64,000 nt of DNA from Escherichia coli (GCF_013122565.1 NZ_CP053258.1); one strand, 5' to 3'; positions 14,768-25,957 are shown, counted from the first letter of the stretch. Translations and numbers: made by a program. Notes: generated by a model not told the origin, from the letters alone.

Positions 14768-15031
14768 ATGTCTACGTTAATGGAAAAAGAATCTCTCCTG
14801 AATGGCGTGAGTCAAAATATTGCATTTTTATCAAATGTATCTGAAATGGTTTACAACTCTCAGAATGAAGAGTTGCAGTATGAAATATATGAGCTGGTGA
14901 GTTATAAAGATTATCTATACTCAACAGACCATGAACTTGTTGATTTTCAAGAGGGAGTATTACGATTTCAACAAATTAGAACAAAATACAGGCAAGAGCT
15001 AAAAGAACTCGGTTATCCTGTAGGTAATTAA
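14768..15031 (+). CDS. Hypothetical small protein (87 aa), no recognised family
   Basis: ORF preceded by AAGAGGA Shine-Dalgarno about 7 nt upstream of the ATG; AT-rich codon usage unlike flanking core genes. Confidence 0.5.
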   Translation: MSTLMEKESLLNGVSQNIAFLSNVSEMVYNSQNEELQYEIYELVSYKDYLYSTDHELVDFQEGVLRFQQIRTKYRQELKELGYPVGN

Positions 15032-15393
15032 GAAATATTGTCTTGATGGTGGGGAAACGTAATTTTTTATATTTTAAATATTAGATTAAAACAATAAATT
15101 AATATCATACTTTTATTTTATTCTCGAAAATGCCTAATTTCATTAAATACGTTGTCCTGTAAATGTAAACCGGGCATTTTTCCGCCCGGTCTCCCTCGAT
15201 TACGCTTCTGAGCAGGTCTCGAGCGAATTCACACTCTCCCGTTCAACTTGCATCACCAGTTGGTTAAATTCAGTCAAACTCTCGCTCATAATAATAATGT
15301 CGCAGTCGTCTTCCATGTCATGCCCCAGATATCCAGAACACAACACCCTAACATAGCGTTACTTAAGGGAAATTGACCGCCGACACACTCTTA

Positions 15394-15759
15394 TCATTCG
15401 CCGCGATAGATACAACCTGCGGTGCAGGTTTCTTTCACCATCACTGCACTTAATAGCGGCACAACGGGTTTAACCTGATCCCAAATCCATTTTGCTAAAA
15501 CTTCGCTGGTTGGGTTTTCCAGACCTGGAATATCATTGAGATAATGGTGATCGAGGCGCTCATAAGTTGGCTTAAACGCCGCTTTCAGTTCAGCGAAATC
15601 GATAATCCAGCCCGTATGCGGATCGACTTCCCCGGTAATTTCCAGTCGCACCATAAAGGAATGCCCGTGCAGGCGACCACATTTATGTCCTTCCGGGACG
15701 TGTGGTAAGCGGTGAGCGGCTTCGAAGGTGAAATCTTTAAATAACGTGGTGGACATCAT
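15394..15759 (-). CDS. queD: 6-carboxy-5,6,7,8-tetrahydropterin synthase
   Basis: ORF track 15394..15843; start at [19 protein letters not shown] gives about 121 aa; PTPS family with zinc-binding His motif. Confidence 0.9.
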   Translation of the reverse strand: MMSTTLFKDFTFEAAHRLPHVPEGHKCGRLHGHSFMVRLEITGEVDPHTGWIIDFAELKAAFKPTYERLDHHYLNDIPGLENPTSEVLAKWIWDQVKPVVPLLSAVMVKETCTAGCIYRGE

Positions 15760-16074
15760 AATTTCTCTACATGACGATAAAACCGCCGTAGAGTACCGGA
15801 AAGGCTGTTTTTTCGCATTATCTAAAACGACTTTGTTGCGCAAAATCGCTGATTTATCTTAATGATTGGCTAAATTCATTTGTTTTTCATTAGGTTGGTT
15901 AATCTATTTTGTTGTTAAAGACTATTGCTAAAACAGGTTAGTCGATTTGGTTATTAGTTATCGCTATCCCGTCTTTAATCCACACCGTTCACCCCGTTAA
16001 CCTTACCTTCTCTTCTGTTTTATGGGCGCTGACAGGGCGCAGAAACAGCTTTGCTTACTGGAACATAACGACGC

Positions 16075-17874
16075 ATGACGACACAGGTCCCACCTTCCGC
16101 GTTGCTTCCGTTGAACCCGGAGCAACTGGCACGCCTTCAGGCGGCCACGACCGATTTAACTCCCACCCAGCTTGCCTGGGTTTCTGGCTATTTCTGGGGC
16201 GTGCTCAATCAGCAGCCTGCTGCGCTTGCAGCGACGCCAGCGCCAGCCGCAGAAATGCCGGGTATAACTATTATCTCCGCCTCGCAAACTGGCAATGCGC
16301 GCCGGGTTGCTGAAGCATTACGCGATGATTTATTGACGGCAAAACTGAACGTTAAGCTGGTGAACGCGGGCGACTATAAATTCAAACAAATCGCCAGCGA
16401 AAAACTGCTCATCGTAGTGACGTCAACGCAAGGGGAAGGGGAACCGCCGGAAGAAGCCGTCGCGCTGCATAAGTTCCTGTTCTCCAAAAAAGCGCCAAAG
16501 CTGGAAAACACCGCGTTTGCCGTGTTTAGCCTCGGCGATAGCTCTTATGAATTTTTCTGCCAGTCCGGGAAAGATTTCGACAGCAAGCTGGCGGAACTGG
16601 GCGGTGAACGCCTGCTCGACCGTGTCGACGCCGACGTTGAATACCAGGCTGCTGCCAGCGAGTGGCGCGCCCGCGTGGTTGATGCGCTTAAATCGCGTGC
16701 GCCTGTCGCGGCACCTTCGCAATCCGTCTCTACTGGCGCGGTAAATGAAATCCACGCCAGCCCGTACAGCAAAGACGCGCCGCTGGTGGCGAGCCTCTCT
16801 GTTAACCAGAAAATTACCGGGCGTAACTCTGAAAAAGACGTTCGCCATATCGAAATTGACTTAGGTGACTCGGGCCTGCGTTACCAGCCGGGTGACGCGC
16901 TGGGCGTCTGGTATCAGAACGATCCGGCACTGGTGAAAGAACTTGTCGAACTGCTGTGGCTGAAAGGCGATGAACCTGTCACCGTCGAGGGCAAAACGTT
17001 GCCTCTGAACGAAGCGCTACAGTGGCACTTCGAACTGACCGTCAACACCGCCAACATTGTTGAGAATTACGCCACGCTTACCCGCAGTGAAACACTGCTG
17101 CCGCTGGTGGGCGATAAAGCGAAGTTACAGCATTACGCCGCGACCACGCCGATTGTCGACATGGTGCGTTTCTCTCCGGCGCAACTGGATGCCGAAGCGC
17201 TGATTAATCTGCTGCGTCCGCTGACCCCGCGCCTGTATTCCATCGCCTCCTCGCAGGCGGAAGTCGAGAACGAAGTACACGTCACCGTTGGTGTGGTGCG
17301 TTACGACGTGGAAGGCCGCGCCCGTGCCGGTGGTGCCTCCAGCTTCCTCGCGGATCGTGTGGAAGAAGAGGGCGAAGTCCGCGTATTTATCGAACATAAC
17401 GATAACTTCCGTTTGCCTGCTAACCCGGAAACCCCGGTGATTATGATTGGCCCCGGTACCGGCATCGCGCCGTTCCGTGCCTTTATGCAGCAACGCGCCG
17501 CCGACGAAGCGCCGGGTAAAAACTGGCTGTTCTTTGGCAACCCGCACTTTACGGAAGATTTCCTCTACCAGGTGGAGTGGCAGCGCTACGTCAAAGAGGG
17601 CGTGCTGACGCGTATCGATCTTGCCTGGTCGCGCGACCAAAAAGAAAAAGTTTATGTACAAGACAAACTGCGCGAACAGGGCGCGGAGCTGTGGCGCTGG
17701 ATCAATGACGGTGCCCACATTTATGTCTGCGGCGACGCTAATCGCATGGCGAAAGACGTTGAGCAGGCACTTCTGGAAGTGATTGCCGAATTTGGTGGCA
17801 TGGACACCGAAGCGGCGGATGAATTTTTAAGTGAGCTGCGCGTAGAGCGCCGTTATCAGCGAGATGTCTACTAA
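16075..17874 (+). CDS. cysJ: Sulfite reductase [NADPH] flavoprotein alpha subunit
   Basis: 599 aa; flavodoxin plus FAD/NADPH reductase domains. Confidence 0.96.
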   Translation: MTTQVPPSALLPLNPEQLARLQAATTDLTPTQLAWVSGYFWGVLNQQPAALAATPAPAAEMPGITIISASQTGNARRVAEALRDDLLTAKLNVKLVNAGDYKFKQIASEKLLIVVTSTQGEGEPPEEAVALHKFLFSKKAPKLENTAFAVFSLGDSSYEFFCQSGKDFDSKLAELGGERLLDRVDADVEYQAAASEWRARVVDALKSRAPVAAPSQSVSTGAVNEIHASPYSKDAPLVASLSVNQKITGRNSEKDVRHIEIDLGDSGLRYQPGDALGVWYQNDPALVKELVELLWLKGDEPVTVEGKTLPLNEALQWHFELTVNTANIVENYATLTRSETLLPLVGDKAKLQHYAATTPIVDMVRFSPAQLDAEALINLLRPLTPRLYSIASSQAEVENEVHVTVGVVRYDVEGRARAGGASSFLADRVEEEGEVRVFIEHNDNFRLPANPETPVIMIGPGTGIAPFRAFMQQRAADEAPGKNWLFFGNPHFTEDFLYQVEWQRYVKEGVLTRIDLAWSRDQKEKVYVQDKLREQGAELWRWINDGAHIYVCGDANRMAKDVEQALLEVIAEFGGMDTEAADEFLSELRVERRYQRDVY

Positions 17875-19586
17875 TGAGCAAAAAACATCCAGGGCCTTTA
17901 GTGGTCGAAGGAAAACTGACAGACGCCGAGCGCATGAAGCTTGAAAGCAACTACCTGCGCGGCACCATTGCGGAAGATTTAAACGACGGTCTGACCGGCG
18001 GCTTTAAGGGCGACAACTTCCTGCTGATCCGCTTCCACGGCATGTATCAGCAGGATGACCGCGACATCCGCGCCGAACGTGCTGAACAGAAGCTGGAGCC
18101 GCGCCACGCGATGCTGCTTCGCTGTCGTCTGCCGGGTGGGGTGATTACCACTAAACAGTGGCAGGCGATCGACAAATTTGCCGGTGAAAACACCATCTAT
18201 GGCAGCATTCGCCTGACCAACCGCCAGACGTTTCAGTTCCACGGCATTCTGAAAAAGAACGTCAAACCGGTGCACCAGATGCTGCACTCGGTCGGTCTTG
18301 ATGCGCTGGCGACCGCTAACGACATGAACCGTAACGTACTCTGCACCTCGAACCCTTACGAGTCGCAGCTGCACGCGGAAGCATATGAATGGGCGAAGAA
18401 AATCTCTGAACATCTGCTGCCGCGTACTCGCGCGTATGCGGAGATCTGGCTCGATCAGGAAAAAGTCGCCACCACTGATGAAGAGCCGATCCTTGGTCAG
18501 ACCTACCTGCCGCGTAAGTTCAAAACCACGGTAGTGATCCCGCCGCAGAACGATATCGATCTGCACGCCAACGACATGAACTTCGTGGCGATCGCCGAAA
18601 ACGGCAAGCTGGTGGGCTTTAACCTGCTGGTGGGCGGTGGGCTTTCTATCGAACACGGCAACAAGAAAACCTACGCCCGCACGGCGAGTGAGTTTGGCTA
18701 TCTGCCGCTAGAACATACGCTGGCGGTGGCGGAAGCCGTCGTGACAACTCAGCGTGACTGGGGTAACCGAACCGATCGTAAAAATGCCAAAACCAAATAC
18801 ACGCTGGAGCGCGTGGGGGTTGAGACGTTTAAAGCGGAAGTGGAGCGTCGCGCGGGGATCAAATTTGAACCGATCCGTCCGTATGAGTTCACCGGACGCG
18901 GCGATCGTATTGGCTGGGTTAAGGGCATTGATGATAACTGGCACCTGACGCTGTTTATCGAAAATGGTCGCATCCTTGATTATCCGGGGCGTCCGCTGAA
19001 AACTGGCCTGCTGGAGATCGCGAAGATCCACAAAGGTGATTTCCGCATTACGGCGAACCAGAATTTGATCATCGCCGGTGTGCCGGAAAGTGAGAAAGCG
19101 AAGATCGAGAAGATCGCCAAAGAGAGCGGGTTAATGAATGCCGTCACGCCGCAGCGTGAAAACTCAATGGCCTGCGTGTCATTCCCGACTTGCCCGCTGG
19201 CGATGGCGGAAGCAGAGCGTTTCCTGCCGTCTTTTATCGACAACATCGACAATTTAATGGCGAAACATGGTGTCAGCGATGAGCATATCGTGATGCGTGT
19301 AACAGGCTGCCCGAACGGTTGTGGTCGCGCGATGCTGGCGGAAGTGGGCCTGGTGGGTAAAGCGCCGGGTCGCTACAACCTGCATCTTGGCGGCAACCGC
19401 ATTGGGACACGTATCCCACGGATGTATAAAGAAAACATCACCGAGCCGGAAATCCTGGCGTCGCTTGATGAACTGATAGGGCGCTGGGCGAAAGAGCGCG
19501 AAGCGGGTGAAGGCTTCGGCGACTTTACGGTGCGTGCGGGCATCATTCGCCCGGTGCTCGATCCGGCGCGCGATTTGTGGGATTAA
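17874..19586 (+). CDS. cysI: Sulfite reductase [NADPH] hemoprotein beta subunit
   Basis: 570 aa; overlaps the cysJ stop (ATGA); siroheme/Fe-S Cys motifs. Confidence 0.96.
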
Positions 19587-19602
19587 CCATCAGCCCGGTC
19601 TT

Positions 19603-19638
19603 GTAGGCCTGATAAGACGCGTGAGCGTCGCATCAGGC
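19603..19638. repeat. REP element between cysI and cysH
   Basis: gtaggcctgataagacgcgtgagcgtcgcatcaggc, a REP variant. Confidence 0.65.
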
Positions 19639-19659
19639 AAGGCAAACAGTGAGGAATCT

Positions 19660-20394
19660 ATGTCCAAACTCGATCTAAACGCCCTGAACGAACTGCCGAA
19701 GGTAGATCGCATTCTGGCGCTGGCGGAAACTAACGCCCAACTGGAAAAACTGGATGCTGAAGGCCGCGTTGCCTGGGCGCTGGATAATCTGCCCGGTGAA
19801 TATGTACTTTCTTCCAGCTTTGGTATTCAGGCGGCGGTGAGCCTGCATCTGGTGAATCAGATTCGGCCGGATATTCCAGTGATCCTCACCGATACCGGTT
19901 ATCTGTTCCCGGAAACCTACCGCTTTATTGACGAGTTAACGGACAAACTCAAGCTCAACCTGAAAGTGTACCGTGCTACCGAAAGCGCCGCCTGGCAGGA
20001 AGCACGCTACGGCAAACTGTGGGAGCAGGGCGTTGAAGGCATTGAAAAGTACAATGACATCAACAAAGTCGAACCGATGAACCGGGCGCTGAAAGAACTG
20101 AATGCGCAAACGTGGTTTGCTGGCCTGCGCCGTGAACAATCCGGCAGCCGCGCCAATTTACCGGTGCTGGCAATTCAGCGTGGCGTATTTAAAGTACTGC
20201 CGATTATCGATTGGGATAACCGAACGATATATCAGTATCTGCAAAAGCATGGCCTGAAATATCACCCATTATGGGACGAAGGATATTTATCGGTCGGTGA
20301 TACCCATACAACCCGTAAATGGGAACCCGGCATGGCGGAAGAAGAAACACGTTTCTTTGGTTTAAAAAGGGAGTGTGGGTTACACGAAGGGTAA
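19660..20394 (+). CDS. cysH: Phosphoadenosine phosphosulfate (PAPS) reductase
   Basis: ORF track 19507..20394; ATG at 19660 gives 244 aa [19 protein letters not shown]... Confidence 0.94.
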
Positions 20395-20560
20395 ATATTG
20401 CCGGATAAATTAAACGCCTCTGTCAGAAATGATGGGGGCGTTTTTATTTTGCGAGCAGCATTCCTGATTTTAAACGTGAACGCCGCTGGAAGAATTATCA
20501 GGTATAGAATGGCGTCGGGTGCTTGAGGCTGTCTGGCGTTAAGCATTCGCGAGGTTCCAG

Positions 20561-20665
20561 ATGGACAAAAGCCCCAGGCGATATTTCTATCAACCTGAGG
20601 CTTACGTTCGAACCCAAACAATTCGAATGTTAGTCTCTTCTTTGCAGGGAGGCAAGACATGCTGA
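20561..20665 (+). CDS. mok-like leader ORF overlapping the hok start
   Basis: 34-codon ORF whose TGA overlaps the hok ATG (ATGCTGA) in another frame, the arrangement typical of hok/mok loci. Confidence 0.3.
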   Translation: MDKSPRRYFYQPEAYVRTQTIRMLVSSLQGGKTC

Positions 20666-20811
20666 CAAAATATGCCCTTGTGGCAATCATCGTACTGTGT
20701 TGTACAGTACTGGGATTCACGCTGATGGTAGGCGACTCGTTGTGTGAGTTGAGTATCAGAGAACGTGGTATGGAGTTTAAGGCAGTTCTCGCTTACGAAT
20801 CGAAGAAGTAG
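20659..20811 (+). CDS. Hok/Gef-family type I toxin (50 aa small membrane protein)
   Basis: Hand translation [50 protein letters not shown] has the Hok pattern (TM helix, then L-C-E-hydrophobic, then a conserved AYES-type C-terminus); absent from the ORF track because under 60 aa. Confidence 0.75.
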   Translation: MLTKYALVAIIVLCCTVLGFTLMVGDSLCELSIRERGMEFKAVLAYESKK

Positions 20812-20815
20812 CCAC

Positions 20816-20876
20816 CACGCGGGGGTAAAACCCCGCGTACTGAATTGTGATGGTTTGGTCTCCTGCACCCTTTTTT
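20816..20876 (+). terminator. hok 3' stem-loop and T-run
   Basis: cacgcggggg-taaaa-ccccgcgt hairpin just after the stop, then ...caccctttttt. Confidence 0.5.
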
Positions 20877-21048
20877 AATTTATATTATTTATGTGAGTAT
20901 TATGCCTATGTTTATTATTTATATATATTACGGATGAAAATCATTTAATTATTCACAATGTAAATATTTTATTGAAAGATATATGTCACAGATAATTTTT
21001 AATATGTGCGTAAATATCCTTTAAGTTTTACTGAAGGATAAAAATATT

Positions 21049-22392
21049 GTGACTTTCTTTGATTTCTGGGGAAAAACCCGACGTGGCGAGAAAGAAGGGG
21101 GCGACGGCTATCACCTTCTTTGCTGGCATTCGCTGGATGTGGCCGCGATGGGCTATTTAATGGTTAAAAGAAATTGCTTCGGGCTGGCTGACTATTTTCG
21201 TCAATTAGGGATTTCTGACAAGGAACAGGCAGCTCAATTTTTCGCCTGGTTGCTGTGCTGGCACGATATTGGAAAATTTGCCCGCTCTTTTCAACAACTT
21301 TACCTGCCCCCTGAATTCAAGATTCAGGAAGGTGCCAGAAAAAATTACGAAAAAATCTCTCATTCAACGCTGGGCTACTGGTTGTGGAATCATTATTTAA
21401 GTGAATGTCAGGAGTTACTTCCTTCATCTTCGCTCTCTCCGCGCAAACTTAGGCGAGTGATAGAAATGTGGATGCCCGTGACGACAGGGCATCATGGTCG
21501 GCCCCCTGATCGTATGGATGAATTGGATAATTTTCTGCCTGAAGACAAAGCTGCAGCACGAGATTTTCTCCTTGAAATCAAACCACTGTTTCCGCTCATA
21601 GAGATCCCCGCATTCTGGGATGATGATGAGGGCATTGAACTTATAAAACACCTTTCCTGGTATATCTCTGCAACCGTCGTGCTCGCAGACTGGACGGGTT
21701 CGTCAACGCGATTTTTTCCACGCGTCGCACACCCAATGGATATTAAAGGTTACTGGCAGAAAACTTTAGTTCAGGCTCAAAATGCCTTAACCGTCTTTCC
21801 TCTAAAAGCAAAAGTCGCGCCTTTCACCGGAATTAATACGCTGTTTCCTTTTATTGAGAATCCGACACCGTTACAGCAAAAGGTGCTGGATCTGGATATC
21901 AGCCAGCCAGGGCCACAGTTATTTATTCTGGAAGATGTGACTGGCGCAGGTAAAACGGAAGCGGCGCTTATCCTGGCGCACAGGTTGATGGCTGCGGGTA
22001 AAGCGCAGGGTTTGTTTTTTGGCCTGCCAACAATGGCAACGGCCAATGCCATGTATGATCGGCTCGTCAAAACCTGGCTTTCTTTCTATTCGCCAGAATC
22101 TCGCCCCAGCCTGGTGCTGGCACACAGTGCCCGCACATTAATGGACCGCTTTAATGAATCACTCTGGTCCGGTGATTTAATCGGGTCAGAAGAACCGGAT
22201 GAACAAGCTTTCAGCCAGGGTTGTGCGGCCTGGTTTGCCGACAGTAACAAGAAGGCGTTGCTGGCTGAAATTGGCGTCGGCACCCTGGATCAGGCGATGA
22301 TGGCAGTGATGCCGTTTAAACATAATAATCTGCGGCTTCTGGGGCTGAGTAACAAAATCGTGTTCCCCGCGCCAGCGGGGATAAACCGATGA
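21049..22392 (+). pseudogene. cas3: Truncated cas3 (type I-E): HD nuclease domain and helicase motif I only, reading through into the first CRISPR repeat
   Basis: 447-codon ORF with GTG start; HD motif (HSLDV..WHDIGK) and Walker A (DVTGAGKTEA); the frame ends ...[18 protein letters not shown], where the last residues are translated repeat; no DExH motif II or C-terminal domain. Confidence 0.8.
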
Positions 22393-24586
22393 ATATTTGC
22401 GAATATTCGGCAGAAAGCGGGTGTTCCCCGCGCCAGCGGGGATAAACCGAGGTTGCGGCACAAATTGAGGTTGTCGCAAATGTGTTCCCCGCGCCAGCGG
22501 GGATAAACCGCCGACGCAGCAGCGGCAGCAGCGGCAGCAGCGGTGTTCCCCGCGCCAGCGGGGATAAACCGTGGATCAGTGCCGCGTTCTCTCTCCGTGT
22601 AATGTGTTCCCCGCGCCAGCGGGGATAAACCGATCGAGACGGGTACGCGTAAAGCCGAGCTGGCGTGTTCCCCGCGCCAGCGGGGATAAACCGCGATCGG
22701 TTAATTCTTCTACCTGCCTTTGCAGGTGTTCCCCGCGCCAGCGGGGATAAACCGCCCGCAATGCATTCGGGCAGTTCCTTGCCGGGGTGTTCCCCGCGCC
22801 AGCGGGGATAAACCGGAGATTGAGCCAGACGCCCGCCAGGTGTTACTGTGTTCCCCGCGCCAGCGGGGATAAACCGGAAGTAACACACCCAACCCAGGTT
22901 GCGCCAGAGTGTTCCCCGCGCCAGCGGGGATAAACCGCCTGTTTGAGCAGGCGCGAATGAACCGGACCAGTGTTCCCCGCGCCAGCGGGGATAAACCGTC
23001 AGGTAAGCCAGTGTTAGGGGCAATATAGCAGTGTTCCCCGCGCCAGCGGGGATAAACCGTCATCGGCTCGTTATTTGTAGCCAGCACTACGGTGTTCCCC
23101 GCGCCAGCGGGGATAAACCGCTTTATCAGATGGTAAAGGTGAATCAATATGAGTGTTCCCCGCGCCAGCGGGGATAAACCGATACCCCAGCGTTTCGTTA
23201 TATGACGGAAGATGTGTTCCCCGCGCCAGCGGGGATAAACCGTGCAACCAGGACGGCAGGACGCATCGCCAGATGTGTTCCCCGCGCCAGCGGGGATAAA
23301 CCGCACGTTATTATCCGATATTCACCGATAAGCGTGTGTTCCCCGCGCCAGCGGGGATAAACCGTCTGGGCGTAAACAGTCGGATAAATCGCGGGTGTGT
23401 TCCCCGCGCCAGCGGGGATAAACCGGCGGCGTGTGGGGTAACAATCAGGGAGAGAAAGTGTTCCCCGCGCCAGCGGGGATAAACCGGATAAATACAGTAT
23501 ATTCCCGCGCTCTGCTGGCGTGTTCCCCGCGCCAGCGGGGATAAACCGTAGATTTTGTCCGGCTCAGGTGCGCCGATGGTGTGTTCCCCGCGCCAGCGGG
23601 GATAAACCGATCGAGTACAACAAAAAATATACTGAGTGAGTGTGTTCCCCGCGCCAGCGGGGATAAACCGCTGTTTGCTCCTGCTGCTCATTTAGTGATT
23701 TAGTGTTCCCCGCGCCAGCGGGGATAAACCGCCTGTTCTTTTTTAGTCAACTTAACCATGCTCGTGTTCCCCGCGCCAGCGGGGATAAACCGTCTTTTTC
23801 GAGACTTGCAGCAACGCTCTGAAAGTGTTCCCCGCGCCAGCGGGGATAAACCGATCGAGTAGTTTTGAGGGTTGGTGAATTCAGGGTGTTCCCCGCGCCA
23901 GCGGGGATAAACCGCTTAATAAATGGACTTAAGCGCCCAGTATTGGGTGTTCCCCGCGCCAGCGGGGATAAACCGGGGAGGGCGAGCCGCCGTAGGTGCG
24001 GTGAGGGGTGTTCCCCGCGCCAGCGGGGATAAACCGACGCAGAAACTGGTTGAAATAGTTTACGGTGAGTGTTCCCCGCGCCAGCGGGGATAAACCGGCA
24101 GTAAATTATTTGACCTCGTTGATAATCCCGTGTTCCCCGCGCCAGCGGGGATAAACCGGTGGCGGTGTGATTGTGGGACTTATTGCCATCGTGTTCCCCG
24201 CGCCAGCGGGGATAAACCGGGCCTTTTCAGCAGATTAACCGCCGCGATTGCGTGTTCCCCGCGCCAGCGGGGATAAACCGAGAGATTTATATTCTTTCAA
24301 ACCGGATTATATCGTGTTCCCCGCGCCAGCGGGGATAAACCGCTTCAAGAATTTTTAAACGCTGGCTTCAAAATGTGTTCCCCGCGCCAGCGGGGATAAA
24401 CCGTCCCACGCGTGCCAGATGGCGCGTTTGATGGCGTGTTCCCCGCGCCAGCGGGGATAAACCGATGATAACGGCAAAGGGTACGCTACGTACAACGTGT
24501 TCCCCGCGCCAGCGGGGTTAAACTGTGATCCAGTGAGTACCGATCCGGGAACAACCGGTGTTCCTCGCATCAGCGGGGATAAACCG
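22360..24586 (+). CRISPR. Type I-E CRISPR array, 37 recognisable repeats and 36 spacers, no adjacent cas operon or leader
   Basis: 29-bp repeat GTGTTCCCCGCGCCAGCGGGGATAAACCG at 61-bp period from 22360; spacers 32 bp except two of 33 bp (after repeats 19 and 32); repeats 36 and 37 degenerate; a possible further decayed copy near 24619..24648. Confidence 0.97.
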
Positions 24587-24668
24587 GGTGCACTGGATGC
24601 GATGATGGATATCACTTGGCGTTCCCCCGCCCCTGCGGTAGAACTCCCAGCTCCCATTTTCAAACCCA

Positions 24669-25706
24669 TCAAGACGCCTTCGCCAACTCCTTCACCAGAG
24701 GTAGCATTATCCGCATAACGTCACGGCAGCGACGTTCTATTCTTCCAGGAAGTGCCTTATCAATATGCTGTTGATTATCCAGTCTTACGTCATGCCAGCT
24801 ATTTCCCGCAGGGAATGCGGCTGTTTTTGCGCGTTGCTGATAACCATCCTTATTCCCAAGATTCCAGTTAGTCGCTTCCACCGAAAGTACAGCAATGCCC
24901 GCTTTGTCGAATATTTCGGCGTCATTACAACATCCAGTGCCTTTCGGATAATTTTTATTCAAACCCGGATTGGTCGTTGCGGCAATTCCATGACTACGCG
25001 CAATTGCCAGCGCCCTGTCGCGCGTTAATTTCCTTACTGCTTCAGGGGTTTTTACACCGCTGTTGAAATACAATTTATCGCCAACAATTAAGTTATCGAG
25101 ATTAATCACCAGCAGCGTATTTTTCTTTTCGGTGTCACTCATCCGCTTGAGTAAATTCTCAGCGCCTAATTTTCCTTCCTCTTCGCCGCTGGTCGCCACA
25201 AATCGAATACCATACTCGGTAGGCGTATTTTTCAGGCGTTCTGCCAGTTCCAGCATGACACCTAAACCTGCGGCGTTATCATCTATTCCTTGTAACGTCA
25301 GTCCGCCGAGATTGGCATCGGCGTCAGCATCGCTCAGCGGGGCGTAAGTATCCAGATGCGCCATAATGATGATCTGCTGCGGCGCTTTGCCTTCATGAGC
25401 GGCAATCACCGTACTTCCCGTCACGTTATGCCAGCTCTTACGATTATCGCGGGCGGTATAAATATATCGACTATTAAATGTCCGAATATCACTGCGATAA
25501 CCCATTTGCTGAAACTGTTGGCGAATATAATCGGCAGATAACATTTCTGCAGGAGTTCCGGTCATGCGTCCCGGAAAGAAAGTAGCAATATGTCGTGCCT
25601 GGGTATTAGCAAAATCGCCAGGTTTAGGTGACGAGGCGTGTACGGGGAGAATAAAGCATACGCCGAGCGCCAGGGCAGCGGTACGGTGGCGCAATGCGGA
25701 AAACAT
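24669..25706 (-). CDS. iap: Alkaline phosphatase isozyme conversion aminopeptidase
   Basis: 345 aa; signal peptide plus M28-type peptidase; adjacent to the distal end of the array as in E. coli. Confidence 0.93.
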   Translation of the reverse strand: MFSALRHRTAALALGVCFILPVHASSPKPGDFANTQARHIATFFPGRMTGTPAEMLSADYIRQQFQQMGYRSDIRTFNSRYIYTARDNRKSWHNVTGSTVIAAHEGKAPQQIIIMAHLDTYAPLSDADADANLGGLTLQGIDDNAAGLGVMLELAERLKNTPTEYGIRFVATSGEEEGKLGAENLLKRMSDTEKKNTLLVINLDNLIVGDKLYFNSGVKTPEAVRKLTRDRALAIARSHGIAATTNPGLNKNYPKGTGCCNDAEIFDKAGIAVLSVEATNWNLGNKDGYQQRAKTAAFPAGNSWHDVRLDNQQHIDKALPGRIERRCRDVMRIMLPLVKELAKAS

Positions 25707-25957
25707 AGTGAGTCCTTAAATACCATGCAAATTTTTTTACCGCCATAGTATGAAACTGCCGCTGCGCTAAAACAATTTCAAATCTTCCTAAACGCCCGAA
25801 ATCCGGTGCCTTAAGCACTTTTTGATATTAGCTTTGCCAAATCGTTATTCCGTTAAGGAACTACTCATTCTAATTGGTAATTTCATTCGTTCTCTTACGC
25901 TCCCTATAGTCGAAACATCTGATGGCAAGAAAATAGCGGTATTGCAAAGGAACGGTT

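Noticed and set aside
20602-20868. 88-aa minus-strand ORF overlapping the hok gene
   Set aside because: Not supported as a protein; the minus strand here more plausibly encodes the sok antisense RNA, which I cannot delimit precisely by eye.
22340-22400. Possible IS element or transposase at the cas3/array junction
   Set aside because: No transposase-like ORF, terminal inverted repeats or target-site duplication are visible; cas3 coding sequence runs directly into the repeat.
22316-24672. Several minus-strand ORFs in the ORF track (for example 22316..23023, 22710..23306, 23311..23691, 24355..24672) with periodic VYPRWRGEH / FIPAGAGNT peptides
   Set aside because: They are translations of the 29-bp CRISPR repeat at 61-bp period, so open frames arise by chance; not protein-coding.
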